IMG/VR virus record: IMGVR_UViG_2595698877_000001
Location: 4,381 to 68,380 of that record
Strand: one strand, 5' to 3'
From: a virus
Lineage: Duplodnaviria > Heunggongvirae > Uroviricota > Caudoviricetes > Herelleviridae
DNA: 64,000 nucleotides
Positions 44,186 to 54,600 of the stretch are shown here, piece by piece (positions within the stretch are counted from its first letter, which is position 1; the number at the start of each line of letters is the position of its first letter). Made by a program: the position numbers and the translations under genes. The notes beneath the pieces are model-generated. The model was not told the DNA's origin. It saw only the letters and a program-made list of their open reading frames with translations, and did not search any database.

Positions 44186-44614
44186 ATGACAAATTTACAG
44201 AATATTCAGAAAGATATTGAACACTTACAAGAGGCTAAAACACCGGAGCAAATAGAAGCAGAAAGACAAGAAGAGCAACGAGAGGTAGTAGATAGAATTA
44301 TCCGAGGTAAGAATGACGTATTTAGAAAAGAGTATGACTTACCAGAATTTGACTTGAAATTTACAGTCGCAATCAAAGCACCGAACGCGATTGAAGTCGG
44401 TAAAATCCAAGCGATGACAGCAGGATACTTAAGCGGAATGAATACATACATGTCACAGTACTACTTAGTCGTATATCAAACATTAGCATCTCTACGAGTT
44501 TGCGGTAAAGAAGTTCCGAAATGCTTAGAAAAGGATGAGGATATTTACAATTTAGATATCTTATATGCAATCGGGGTTGATTTCTCCGCATGGATGCAAA
44601 CCTTTCGTAGATAA
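44186..44614 (+). CDS. tail assembly chaperone (G-like)
   Basis: 142 aa; upstream of the tape measure gene; preceded by TGTTATAAT and TATATTA promoters. Confidence 0.8.
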   Translation: MTNLQNIQKDIEHLQEAKTPEQIEAERQEEQREVVDRIIRGKNDVFRKEYDLPEFDLKFTVAIKAPNAIEVGKIQAMTAGYLSGMNTYMSQYYLVVYQTLASLRVCGKEVPKCLEKDEDIYNLDILYAIGVDFSAWMQTFRR

Positions 44615-45239
44615 GGTAAAGCAGTTCGGCGGGTTAAAACAATTAGCTCGTACCCCTTATATGCGAAATCTGTGGGCATTAATGAGAGAGTTTAAAATAC
44701 TCCCAACTAGTCCAGAGTTTAAAGCTCTATCAGATATCCAGATAGACTTAATGCTTTATTCTATGGCGGAAGATGCTAGGGAAATGGAGCGCGCACGTAA
44801 AGGTGTACAAGGCGATGGCGACCATTATGACTCATCATTCGATGAAGAAGTATGGAACCGCGATGTTGGTGATTGGGAAGTACTTAAAGACGGTCACGAC
44901 GGTAATAAGATTGCTGAACAGATTAATGCTATGACGAAAGCGGAAGACCTTAAAAACCTTGAGGGTCGATTCGACGGACTGGATGAGTACAATGAGCATC
45001 TGGAAAACGGCGGCATGACATCTCGTGAATCCGAAGTCACTCAATACATAAACAAACAGCTAGAGAAAGCCGAGGAGCTTGCTAGAGAACGTTCTAGAGG
45101 CGGTAAAGGTAAACGTCTAGTTGATGACCGGGAGCTTGCTGGTGAGGCTCCTACGTCCGATTACGCATTGAATAAGAAAGCAATGGACAAGGCTATTGCA
45201 TTATTCGAAGACGATGACGACGAATATACAACACTTTAA
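44565..45239 (+). CDS. tail assembly chaperone extension (GT-like), probably made by +1 frameshift
   Basis: Open +1 frame overlapping the chaperone 3' end, no SD-led start, ACC_TTT_CGT site at 44600-44608. Confidence 0.75.
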   Translation: MQSGLISPHGCKPFVDKVKQFGGLKQLARTPYMRNLWALMREFKILPTSPEFKALSDIQIDLMLYSMAEDAREMERARKGVQGDGDHYDSSFDEEVWNRDVGDWEVLKDGHDGNKIAEQINAMTKAEDLKNLEGRFDGLDEYNEHLENGGMTSRESEVTQYINKQLEKAEELARERSRGGKGKRLVDDRELAGEAPTSDYALNKKAMDKAIALFEDDDDEYTTL

Positions 45240-45298
45240 AGTGGGTAGAGGCGATTTTCCCTCTACTTTTCTTTAAGTAAAAAGGATGGTGAGGGAAC

Positions 45299-48200
45299 TT
45301 GGCTAATAAAGAAACATTTATATTTGATGTCAATGCGGATATAGAAAAAGCCATGAAAGGCTTAAATAAAGTTAAACAAGCTATGGACGATATTGACAGG
45401 CTCCAGAAAAAAGGAGAAAGTCGCGGTCACACTACAAACGATAGTGATATCCTCAACAGTATGAAACATGCGAAGCAAGCAGCCCAAGAGTATAGAAAAC
45501 TCCAAGCCTTGCTTAAAGATTTAGATAAGAGTCTTAAAGGCTCTAACCAACGTATGTTCCAGAATAATGACTCTGACAAAATGAAGAAAGTTACTGGCGT
45601 TGACATGAAATCAAAACAGGACTATCTCAAGTTTGTTCAAGAGCAACGTAGAGAGTTAGACCGTACATATACAAAAGCAACAAATTACCAAAAGAACTTA
45701 GCTAAGTTTGGGCAAACATATACAAAGAACTTTAGCACGAACTACCAACAAAAAGGTATCATGCATGTCGATACAAAAAATCTAAATGAAGCTAAACAAA
45801 CTGTAAAAAGTATCCTTGCGGATATTAACGCTTCATCAGGTCAGTTAGATGATGTACTACATCAAATTAAAGAAGCTAAAAAACTTGACAGACGTTCGGA
45901 AAGTTTAGCTCGTCGAGCAAGCGCTTCCGGGTACATGTCACATCAACAAGCATCTAACTTTACTAAGGATTACCAAACTGTTAATGGCTCATACAAAAAT
46001 AGTAAAGATGCTAACTTAAATCGGTTAACAGAAATCTCTACACAGTTAACAGACTTCGCAAAACAGCTTAATACGATTGAGTCAAATCCTAACGCAACAA
46101 ATAAGGATATGCAACAACGTGTGAAGTTACAAAATAACATTAGAGCATTAGACCAAGAATGGACAGCTCGTACAAAACTGAATAAAATTTTAGAAACTAC
46201 TACATCTAATATGCAATCGTATCATGAATCTTTAGTAGGCACAAAACAAAAAGCAGATAGAAATACAGTTCAGGGAATGATTAGCGAACGCGCCCCGGCT
46301 ATTGGTATGGCTGTTACAGGTGCAGTCGGAGCGACTATCGGCGGTCTATATAGTAAAGGTGGCGCACTAAGTAAAGAGATGCGACCTAGCGAAGTCTACA
46401 TCGGTCAACAAACTGGTATGGATGGCTCTAACTGGAGAACGGATATTCGTAACAATGCTATGACAGCCGGAAAAGCTAATAAATTAGGTTTCTTAGGTAC
46501 AGATATGTTAGCATTCCAAGAAAACTATTTAACAGCTAGAGGTAACACTGGTCGTAAGGATTTACAAGATGCCATGAGTGGGCAAGCAACATTTAGCCGT
46601 TCCACTGGTATCAGCGCACAAGACACACAACAATTCTTTGATACAGCTTACCGTAGTGGCGGCGTAACTGGAAGCTCAACAAAACAATTCCAGAATGCAT
46701 TCTTAGGAGCTATCAAACAGAGTGGAATGGAAGGTCGTGAAAAAGACCAACTTAAAGCTCTAGATGGTATCTTACAAGGAATGACACAGGGACGTTCTAT
46801 CACAAACCAAGACATGATGCAAACAATGGGATTACAAGCAGCTTTAGCTAATTCCGGCGTATCCGCATTACAAGGTAGCAAAGGTGGTCAGGCGTTAGCT
46901 GGGCTTGATGAAGGTATCCGTAATGGATTCGGTGACGCTTCTGTTCGTGTAGCGTTCGGTCAAGGTACCGAGTATCAAGGCGTAGAAGGACGTTGGAAAC
47001 TAAGACAGGAAATGGAAAAGGGTGTCGCTAGTCCAGAAATCGTTAATAAGATGGCTGGTATTGCTAAAGCAGCAGGTGGCGGTAATAAAGAAAGAGAGTA
47101 CGAAGCTTTCGCATCCTTCGCCAATGAACGTCTAGGTGCCAAACTTACTACACAACAAGTACAAGGTATTATGGACGAATACAACAAAGGTAACTTATCT
47201 CAAGAAAACATAAGTAAAATTATGGAGAAGAACCAAACAGAAGGAGAAAAGGAATCTAAGAAGCGTCTTAGCAACTACCAGAAATCTAGTGCAGCTACGG
47301 ATAGTCAAAGTGAAGCTACATCAGCAGAACAAGCAGTAAAAATTAACGATATGGGTGAAGCAGTTCGTGAAGCTAATATTGCTCTAGGCGGATTACCAGC
47401 CCCTCTATATGGAGCTGTCCTTGCAGTAGGAGCATTTACAGCATCAATGTTAGCAGCAGCCGCATCGTTCGGACTTGCAGGTGTTATTAAAAACAAGTCA
47501 CTAGGAACATATGGTGGTGGCGGAGGCGGAGCTGGCGGTGGAACTGTAACACCGGGAGGCGGTACTGGAGGTAGACCACCAAGTGGTGGCGTAGGTACTG
47601 GAGCAGGAGCTAATATTCCTCCGGGGTATGGGACATCTTCTGGTGGAGTAATTGTACCAGAAAGCGCAATACCACCAACAACACCAGCAATTCCGGGAGG
47701 CGCAACTCGACAATACTCTCAAGGTGGAGTCGGTAACTGGTTTAAAGGTTTATTCGACCCTAGCGCTAGAGCAGGTGGATTAGCTAACTTCGGTACAGGA
47801 GAAGCAATCGCCGGAGGAGCCGCAGTAGCAGGTGGAGCAGCAGCCGCAGCAAACGCGAATAAATTCCCTAACTTGTTCAAAGGCGGATTAAAAGGTAGTG
47901 TCGCTTTCAAAGGACTTAATAAAATTTTACTACCTCTTGCAGCATTAACCGCTGTTAGTTCGATTTCTTCCGCAGAATCAGAAGACAAAGGTAAAGCTAC
48001 TGGTAGTGCAATAGGCGGTATCGGTGGAGGTATCTTAGGTGGAGCAGCAGCCGGAGCAGCAGCAGGTTCTATTATCCCGGGTGCAGGTACATTAGTCGGA
48101 GGAGCTATCGGGTTAACTGGTGGTATCATCGGTTCTATCTTCGGTAGTAACATCGGTGAAAGTATCGGTGGATGGTTCGACCCAGAAAAAGGTAAAGAAA

Positions 48201-49243
48201 AGAGCATTGCACCAGAAGCACCAAAATCATCTCCATCTAGTGATGTTCCAGCAGCTACGAATACATCTACATCAGGAGCTACACCAATGGCTACTAGTAT
48301 GGCGTATTCTCCAGACTCACAGATGCCTACTAACATGCCGAACACAGCAGGTAATCCAAACGCTATCAAGGATTTAGTAGACAAGGAGAACACGAATACC
48401 AAACAGCGTACCGAATTGAAGAAGACTGATAACTTATCTTATGAAAGAGAGAACTTGACTCTGTATGAGAAAGCACTTCAAAAGGCGGAAGCGTTATTAG
48501 CACAAGCTCGCGCTCAAAACGGAATCATGGGTACAGCTCAAGGCGGAGCGGGAGGCGCTGGAGGTATCAATGGATTCACTGGTGGAGGCTCATTGAGATT
48601 CTTATCAGACGGGCAAAAATGGTCAAACAGCAATGTAACGCAGCATGACTTAGGTATGACTGATGCTAAGTTAACAGCAGAAGACTTAGATAAGTGGATA
48701 GATTCTAAAGCACCTAAAGACTCTATGATGCGCGGTATGGGTAAAGTGTTTATGGAAGCAGGACAGCAGTTCGGTCTTGACCCTCGTTACCTAGTTGCTC
48801 ATGCAGCCGAAGAATCAGCTTGGGGTACATCTAAGATTGCCCGCGACAAAGGTAACTTCTTCGGTATTGGTGCGTTCGATGACAGTCCTTATTCAAGTGC
48901 CTTTGAGTTCAAAGACGGTGGAGGTTCTGCTGCTGCTAACGGAATCATGGGTGGAGCTAAGTGGATTGCAGAGCATTACTATGGTAAAGGTAACACAACC
49001 CTAGACGCAATGCACAAAGCTGGTTATGCTACAAACTCTGACTGGGCTACAAACATCGCAAGCATTATGAAGGGCGCACCATCAGGTTCCGGTTCTGGTA
49101 ATGTTACAGCGACAATAAACGTCAATGTTAAAGGCGACGAGAAAGTATCGGATAAGATTAAAAGCTCATCTGATATGAAGAAGGTCGGCAATAACATTGC
49201 GGATATGCTTGGTTTCTATTCTAAAGAGATGGTGATGGTCTAG
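45299..49243 (+). CDS. tape measure protein with C-terminal GH73 glucosaminidase (tail lysin)
   Basis: 1314 aa; helical and Gly/Ala-rich body; LDP.YL.AHA..ESAWGTS..A..K.NFFGIGAFD, YG.G..TL..M..AGYAT...WA..IA..M. Confidence 0.9.
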   Translation: MANKETFIFDVNADIEKAMKGLNKVKQAMDDIDRLQKKGESRGHTTNDSDILNSMKHAKQAAQEYRKLQALLKDLDKSLKGSNQRMFQNNDSDKMKKVTGVDMKSKQDYLKFVQEQRRELDRTYTKATNYQKNLAKFGQTYTKNFSTNYQQKGIMHVDTKNLNEAKQTVKSILADINASSGQLDDVLHQIKEAKKLDRRSESLARRASASGYMSHQQASNFTKDYQTVNGSYKNSKDANLNRLTEISTQLTDFAKQLNTIESNPNATNKDMQQRVKLQNNIRALDQEWTARTKLNKILETTTSNMQSYHESLVGTKQKADRNTVQGMISERAPAIGMAVTGAVGATIGGLYSKGGALSKEMRPSEVYIGQQTGMDGSNWRTDIRNNAMTAGKANKLGFLGTDMLAFQENYLTARGNTGRKDLQDAMSGQATFSRSTGISAQDTQQFFDTAYRSGGVTGSSTKQFQNAFLGAIKQSGMEGREKDQLKALDGILQGMTQGRSITNQDMMQTMGLQAALANSGVSALQGSKGGQALAGLDEGIRNGFGDASVRVAFGQGTEYQGVEGRWKLRQEMEKGVASPEIVNKMAGIAKAAGGGNKEREYEAFASFANERLGAKLTTQQVQGIMDEYNKGNLSQENISKIMEKNQTEGEKESKKRLSNYQKSSAATDSQSEATSAEQAVKINDMGEAVREANIALGGLPAPLYGAVLAVGAFTASMLAAAASFGLAGVIKNKSLGTYGGGGGGAGGGTVTPGGGTGGRPPSGGVGTGAGANIPPGYGTSSGGVIVPESAIPPTTPAIPGGATRQYSQGGVGNWFKGLFDPSARAGGLANFGTGEAIAGGAAVAGGAAAAANANKFPNLFKGGLKGSVAFKGLNKILLPLAALTAVSSISSAESEDKGKATGSAIGGIGGGILGGAAAGAAAGSIIPGAGTLVGGAIGLTGGIIGSIFGSNIGESIGGWFDPEKGKEKSIAPEAPKSSPSSDVPAATNTSTSGATPMATSMAYSPDSQMPTNMPNTAGNPNAIKDLVDKENTNTKQRTELKKTDNLSYERENLTLYEKALQKAEALLAQARAQNGIMGTAQGGAGGAGGINGFTGGGSLRFLSDGQKWSNSNVTQHDLGMTDAKLTAEDLDKWIDSKAPKDSMMRGMGKVFMEAGQQFGLDPRYLVAHAAEESAWGTSKIARDKGNFFGIGAFDDSPYSSAFEFKDGGGSAAANGIMGGAKWIAEHYYGKGNTTLDAMHKAGYATNSDWATNIASIMKGAPSGSGSGNVTATINVNVKGDEKVSDKIKSSSDMKKVGNNIADMLGFYSKEMVMV

Positions 49244-49282
49244 TACCGTCCCTCTCTTCTTTTTAAATAAGGAGGTTTAACA

Positions 49283-49381
49283 ATGCGAGGTACAAAAGGT
49301 GAATGGGTTTTTGCATTATTAGTAAGTGTATCAGCTCCGTTCCTAATGGGGATATTAGTTGGTTATATGTTATTTAGTTAG
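49283..49381 (+). CDS. 32-aa single-TM peptide (not in track)
   Basis: SD AAGGAGG 7 nt upstream; MRGTKGEWVFALLVSVSAPFLMGILVGYMLFS. Confidence 0.6.
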   Translation: MRGTKGEWVFALLVSVSAPFLMGILVGYMLFS

Positions 49382-49395
49382 AAAGGAGGAACAAT

Positions 49396-51663
49396 ATGGT
49401 ACAGATTCAAAAGAGGTATCCAACATTCGAAGTACAACTTATCACGGAAAATACTTCTTATGAACTAACATACGATACAAAGAAGCAACTATCTAGTGAT
49501 TCATTTGATAACGCTATCATTTCATTTAGTTGTAAAAATAGTATGTCCGATGATAGCCCAGCATTCTCACTTATCGTAACAGCAGTTGATAAATGGGATA
49601 AGATTTTAAATGCGAATGACCTCATTAGAATTAAAGTATTTCCTGACGTTACGGATAAAGTACCGGATAATCCGTATATCATGGTTGGGTTAATATCTGA
49701 CATCAAGAAAGATGGAGAATACGCAAACGGTACGCTAGTATATCGTATTACAGGGCAAGCAATGACAAAAGCATTAATCAATTTCCAAGTAGGTGTTATC
49801 CAGCAGTTTGCAGCAATATCTCCTTCTATGGGTTGGTTACCAGATGGTACAGAGAATGGTTTACACTTCTCTGGTAAATCAGCGGCTAGTATTTCTAATG
49901 AACTTATGGATAGGTTCCTATACAAATACGCTCAATACGCTTTCGCCGATGGTAAAGGATTACAAGATTACTTTACACATAGATTCGAGAGTTGGGAAAA
50001 GGATGAGGCTCTACTAGACCCATCTCCATTCGTAAACTATCAAGGTAGCTTAAGACAATTCTTAGAAGACCTTACAGCTAAACCATTTAATGAGTTATTC
50101 TTTGAATATACAAAAGATGGTCAATGTGCTGCGGTTATGCGTCCTACTCCATTCGACCCTGATAAGTGGAATGCACTAGAAACATACAAGTTTAAGAGTG
50201 ATATCGTAATCCAAGAATCATTCGGTAAGAACGATAATGAAGCCTTTTCTGTTTATGTTGTACAGGCTCCTAGCTTACTAGAGTATAACAGTTTAGACTT
50301 AGGTGTGTTCCCTAGATTCCATCCAGAACTTATTAAGAAATATGGATATAAGAAACTAGAAGCACAAAACAGGTATTTGATGTCTGCTGATAAAGCTATG
50401 CAAGGGAACAATGCAGCTAATGGTGGATTAACAAATTTACCAAATACAGGAGGTACAGGTACACCTACTCCTATGCCTAATCCGGGCGGAGGAACTGCTA
50501 CACCTACTCCAGCAGTCATGACAGCTCCACAACCAGCTACTCGTACCGTAAAGCAACCTACATTTAGTGAAGTTGATTCGTTCATCAAGAGTAGCAAGTA
50601 CAATGACCCAGAGACGTTGCGTAAGCGTCGTACAGAGGTAGAAGCAGGACTTAAGGCTAAATACCCTAGCATGACGCAATCGATGACTACGAGCATCGTA
50701 GATGCCTTAAAAGACGGTTCGTTTAACTCGGATAAATATACACAAATTGTGAATGCAGCTACAGGAGATACAAACCAGACGAATAGTTCTGAAAAGAGCG
50801 CAGATAACACAAAATTGAAAGCGTTCACAGACAGACTATATAACTGGTATTGTGAGAATCCTAACTTCTACTCTGGGGATATTCGTGTACTGGGTAATCC
50901 TATGTATCGTGTAGGAACTAGAACATTATATGAGGATGCAGAACAAGAAACAACATGGGAGTTCTACCTAGAGTCAGTTCAGCATGAGTTCAGCTTCACG
51001 AACGGTTATTCTACTATATTAGGAGTAACAAGAGGTTTACCGGAAAGTGGTAAAGCTAGATTCACAAACTTGTGGGGTAAATCAGAAGACTTCAAAGGCG
51101 GATACTTAGGTGAAGAAACACTCGCTCAACTTGCAGAGAAAGCTAAACAAGCCCAACAACAAATGGGTGGAGGAGCTGGAGGTACAGGTGGCATGGGTGG
51201 TGGAGCCGGAGGTACTGTTGCAATGCAAGCTCTAGCTACCGCAAGAGAGATGACAACTAAACCATCGGTATACGTATTCGGTGGCGGACGTTCTGGTAGT
51301 AACCCATTCTTAAATTCCCCAATCAAGATTGACTGCTCATCATTCGTTTGGTGGTGCTACAACCTTCATGGAGTTCAATTGAATGGTGGAGCTACTGGTA
51401 TGACAACAGATACGATTGCGAAGGACTCTCGACTTCAAGTGATAAGTCCTCGTGGTGGAGATAAGAATGCAGCCTACGCAGCTTTACGTGAAGGTGACAT
51501 TATCTATTTCGATACCTATAAATCTGATGGTCACATTGGTATTTACTCTGGTAACAGTAAGTTTATAGGTTCACAAAGTACACCGGGTATTCATGAGGAG
51601 GACTTGACTACCTCGTACTGGAAGAAGGTATTTAATGGACACGTAAGAAGGTTCACAGGTTAA
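49396..51663 (+). CDS. baseplate hub/tail lysin with C-terminal NlpC/P60 peptidase
   Basis: 755 aa; YVFGGG...DCSSFVWW...GD.I.F...GHIGIY.G..FI. Confidence 0.88.
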   Translation: MVQIQKRYPTFEVQLITENTSYELTYDTKKQLSSDSFDNAIISFSCKNSMSDDSPAFSLIVTAVDKWDKILNANDLIRIKVFPDVTDKVPDNPYIMVGLISDIKKDGEYANGTLVYRITGQAMTKALINFQVGVIQQFAAISPSMGWLPDGTENGLHFSGKSAASISNELMDRFLYKYAQYAFADGKGLQDYFTHRFESWEKDEALLDPSPFVNYQGSLRQFLEDLTAKPFNELFFEYTKDGQCAAVMRPTPFDPDKWNALETYKFKSDIVIQESFGKNDNEAFSVYVVQAPSLLEYNSLDLGVFPRFHPELIKKYGYKKLEAQNRYLMSADKAMQGNNAANGGLTNLPNTGGTGTPTPMPNPGGGTATPTPAVMTAPQPATRTVKQPTFSEVDSFIKSSKYNDPETLRKRRTEVEAGLKAKYPSMTQSMTTSIVDALKDGSFNSDKYTQIVNAATGDTNQTNSSEKSADNTKLKAFTDRLYNWYCENPNFYSGDIRVLGNPMYRVGTRTLYEDAEQETTWEFYLESVQHEFSFTNGYSTILGVTRGLPESGKARFTNLWGKSEDFKGGYLGEETLAQLAEKAKQAQQQMGGGAGGTGGMGGGAGGTVAMQALATAREMTTKPSVYVFGGGRSGSNPFLNSPIKIDCSSFVWWCYNLHGVQLNGGATGMTTDTIAKDSRLQVISPRGGDKNAAYAALREGDIIYFDTYKSDGHIGIYSGNSKFIGSQSTPGIHEEDLTTSYWKKVFNGHVRRFTG

Positions 51664-51688
51664 ACGTGTTATAATATAAAAAAGGAGG

Positions 51689-54600
51689 ATGATTAATGCT
51701 ATGACAGAATATCAACCATTAAATGGAATGAGATTCCAATCACAATTAAGTAAAGAAATGAAACGAGCGTATAAGGAGGGTGACAATATTGTTACCCTTT
51801 CTTTTGCGGAAGTTATTAAAGTTAACTATAAATATAACACGGTAGATGTAATCACTACTAAATATAAAAATTCTACAACAAAGAATCCGAACGACAACGG
51901 TAAGTACTCTGCACGTTTACCTATACAATTCGGAGGTAGAACACCGCAAGGTAACGTATACGGAACGAACACGCTTGTAACTGTAGGCTCTAAAGTCCTA
52001 ATCGGATTCGTAGAAGGTAACAAAGACAACCCAATCGTTCTAAATATTTATGGTGCAGTTGACAACCAATCTATGCTTACTAGAACAACTATGACTAGTG
52101 GCGATGAATCTGATGAAGGTGTACAACGTGAGCTATGGCAATTATTTAATTTATATCCGTCTATGACATATACAAATGTTGATGGTCGCGGTAACCGTGA
52201 AGTTACTTTCTCTGGTAAGAGCTTCTTATACGTTACTGACACTGACCAAAACAATGAATACGTACAGGACGAAGCATTTGACTACATGGACTTACCAAGT
52301 TCTCGTTATGCAAACGGAGAGCTGATTGAACCGGAATCACCAAAGGCTCCAACAGTTCTTTACGTTCATCAAGGCATCTACGAGAAACATAGATTTACAG
52401 TGTTCATTAAATCTGATGGTACATTCCGTATGGGTACTCGTAATCCAAACGGTCACGGTATTACATACCAACAAATGAACCCAGATGGCAGTTTCTCCAT
52501 TGTCAAGAAAAATGATACGACAAATCCAGAAGAGGAATCATACGACCAGTCTTCTATGGAAATCCTAAAGAATGGTAACGTACTTCTTCAAAATCCAAAG
52601 CATAAGTTCGAGATTACAGAAGAAGGTATTATGGTAGATGGTAAACCAATCGGCTCCGGTGGTGGTAACGGTGGCGGTACAAACCCAGAATACGATGAGG
52701 CTATCAAACAAATCAATAAAACTATCGAGACAATGAAGATTACTATGGGAGCAGTAGAGGATGGACTACAGACAAAGGTAGAGAAAAATACATACGAGAT
52801 TGACCTTGACGAAATCAAAGGCGCGCAAGATGCGTTACTTGCAGAGATTAAAACAATCCTAGCAACTCTAAAAGCTTCTCTAGAAGACTTACGTACATTC
52901 GTTGGTTCTGCTTTCCCAGATGGCAAAGTAACTGATACTCGTAAGATAGAGTTAAACAAAAAGATGCAAGCGATTGACTCATCTAAAACAGTTCTTGATG
53001 GTAAGTACGCAGAGGTTATGGCTGACCCGTTCTTATCGGATACACTTAAGAACACACTAAAAATCTCTAAAGACCGTGTAGATGGTTACCACCAAGCATT
53101 ACATAACGTAATCGATGCATCTATCACAGACGGTACAATTACAGCACAAGAGAAGACAGATATAAACACAGCTATCACAAACTATGTAACCGCTTTAACT
53201 AACATAGAACCTGTGTTCACTTCTAGTATCGAGGCATCTATCGTCGAGCGTATCAAAGAAGCTGTGGAGAATCCAGTAAACTACACGAATAAAGAGATGA
53301 AGAAACAAAGCGCTGTCTTCACTCAACTATTCAATGCTATCTCTATGAAAGTTAGTACAGAGCAGTTAACATCTCAAGTACAAGACTTAGAGCTTAAGAT
53401 GGCTACAAAGGAAGAACAAATAGCTATCACAAATGACCTTGATAAAGTAAAGGAAAAAGTAGATGGTGCTTTATCGAATCTACCGTATCGTGTAGAAGTA
53501 ACCTCTACAAATGGTACTGTGTTCGTCAATGACTTTATCGATTCTGTGGTATCTGCTAGATTCTACAAAGGTGCGGACGACATCACATCTACAGTAGGTA
53601 TCGGAGATATTATCTGGACGCGTGTATCAGAAGACCAAGCCGGAGACTTAGCATGGAATAACAACCATAAAGGTATTGGTAACTCATTCCGATTAAGTGT
53701 AAACGACGTTCGAGATAGAGCTACATTCTTCTGCTCATACAAGACTCCTCCAGTAGCTACAGGTAGTATTACAGTAGCGAACTTAAAGGATATCTCTGTA
53801 TCGAAAACAGAACCAGTAAACCCACGTCAAGGTACAATGTGGTACAACATGACGGATGGTAAGTTATACGTATACATGGATGGAAAATGGCAATTCTCAG
53901 CAGATGGTCTTGACTTCAACATTCGTAACTTACTTACAAACTCACGAGATTGTACAGGCGGAGGTTGGACGCTTCAAAGTGCAACAAGAACAAACAACCA
54001 ATGGCAAGGTACGTACATCATCGAAACAGCAGCTAACTGGGGTAGCGCGGACTATGCATGTGTGGACTTATTCACTCGTGGCGTAGTAGCAGCTAACGAC
54101 GAAGTTACATTCTGTGTACTTGCTAGATTAACAGGAGCTACAGGTGTTACAAGACCTTTACAATTCTTCTGTGAAAGCTCTGATAAGAGCGGTACAACAG
54201 TAGGCACAGTAACTACAGAGTGGAAGCCATTCTACATCACGTTCAAAATGTTGGCGGCAATGAATACAGCAGGAGCTAAGATGCGATTCGAGGTTGCTGA
54301 TTTAACATCAGCTAACTTAAAGCTACAAGTAAACAGTCATATCTTAGTACAAGGTAACTCTCCTGTAAACTGGGTTCCAGCTCCAGAGGATACACAACGA
54401 GAAATCGATGGACTTAACACTTCTGTAGGAGACATCCGTACAAGTGTAGATGCACTAGGTGATGATGGCAAGCTAACTCGATTCGAGAGAAGTTTAATCC
54501 GTTCATGGATTGCAGATATCACAGGTACATACTACAACCCAACAGATGTTCCAGCACCGTTAACAGAAATCGATAAGACTACTTATGGAAAAGGTAAGTT

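Noticed and set aside
47719-48402. 227-aa minus-strand ORF (also 50253-50828 and 59028-59531)
   Set aside because: Antisense to Gly/Ala-rich or structural genes; Pro/Ala-rich composition expected from GGN/GCN codons; no expression signals.
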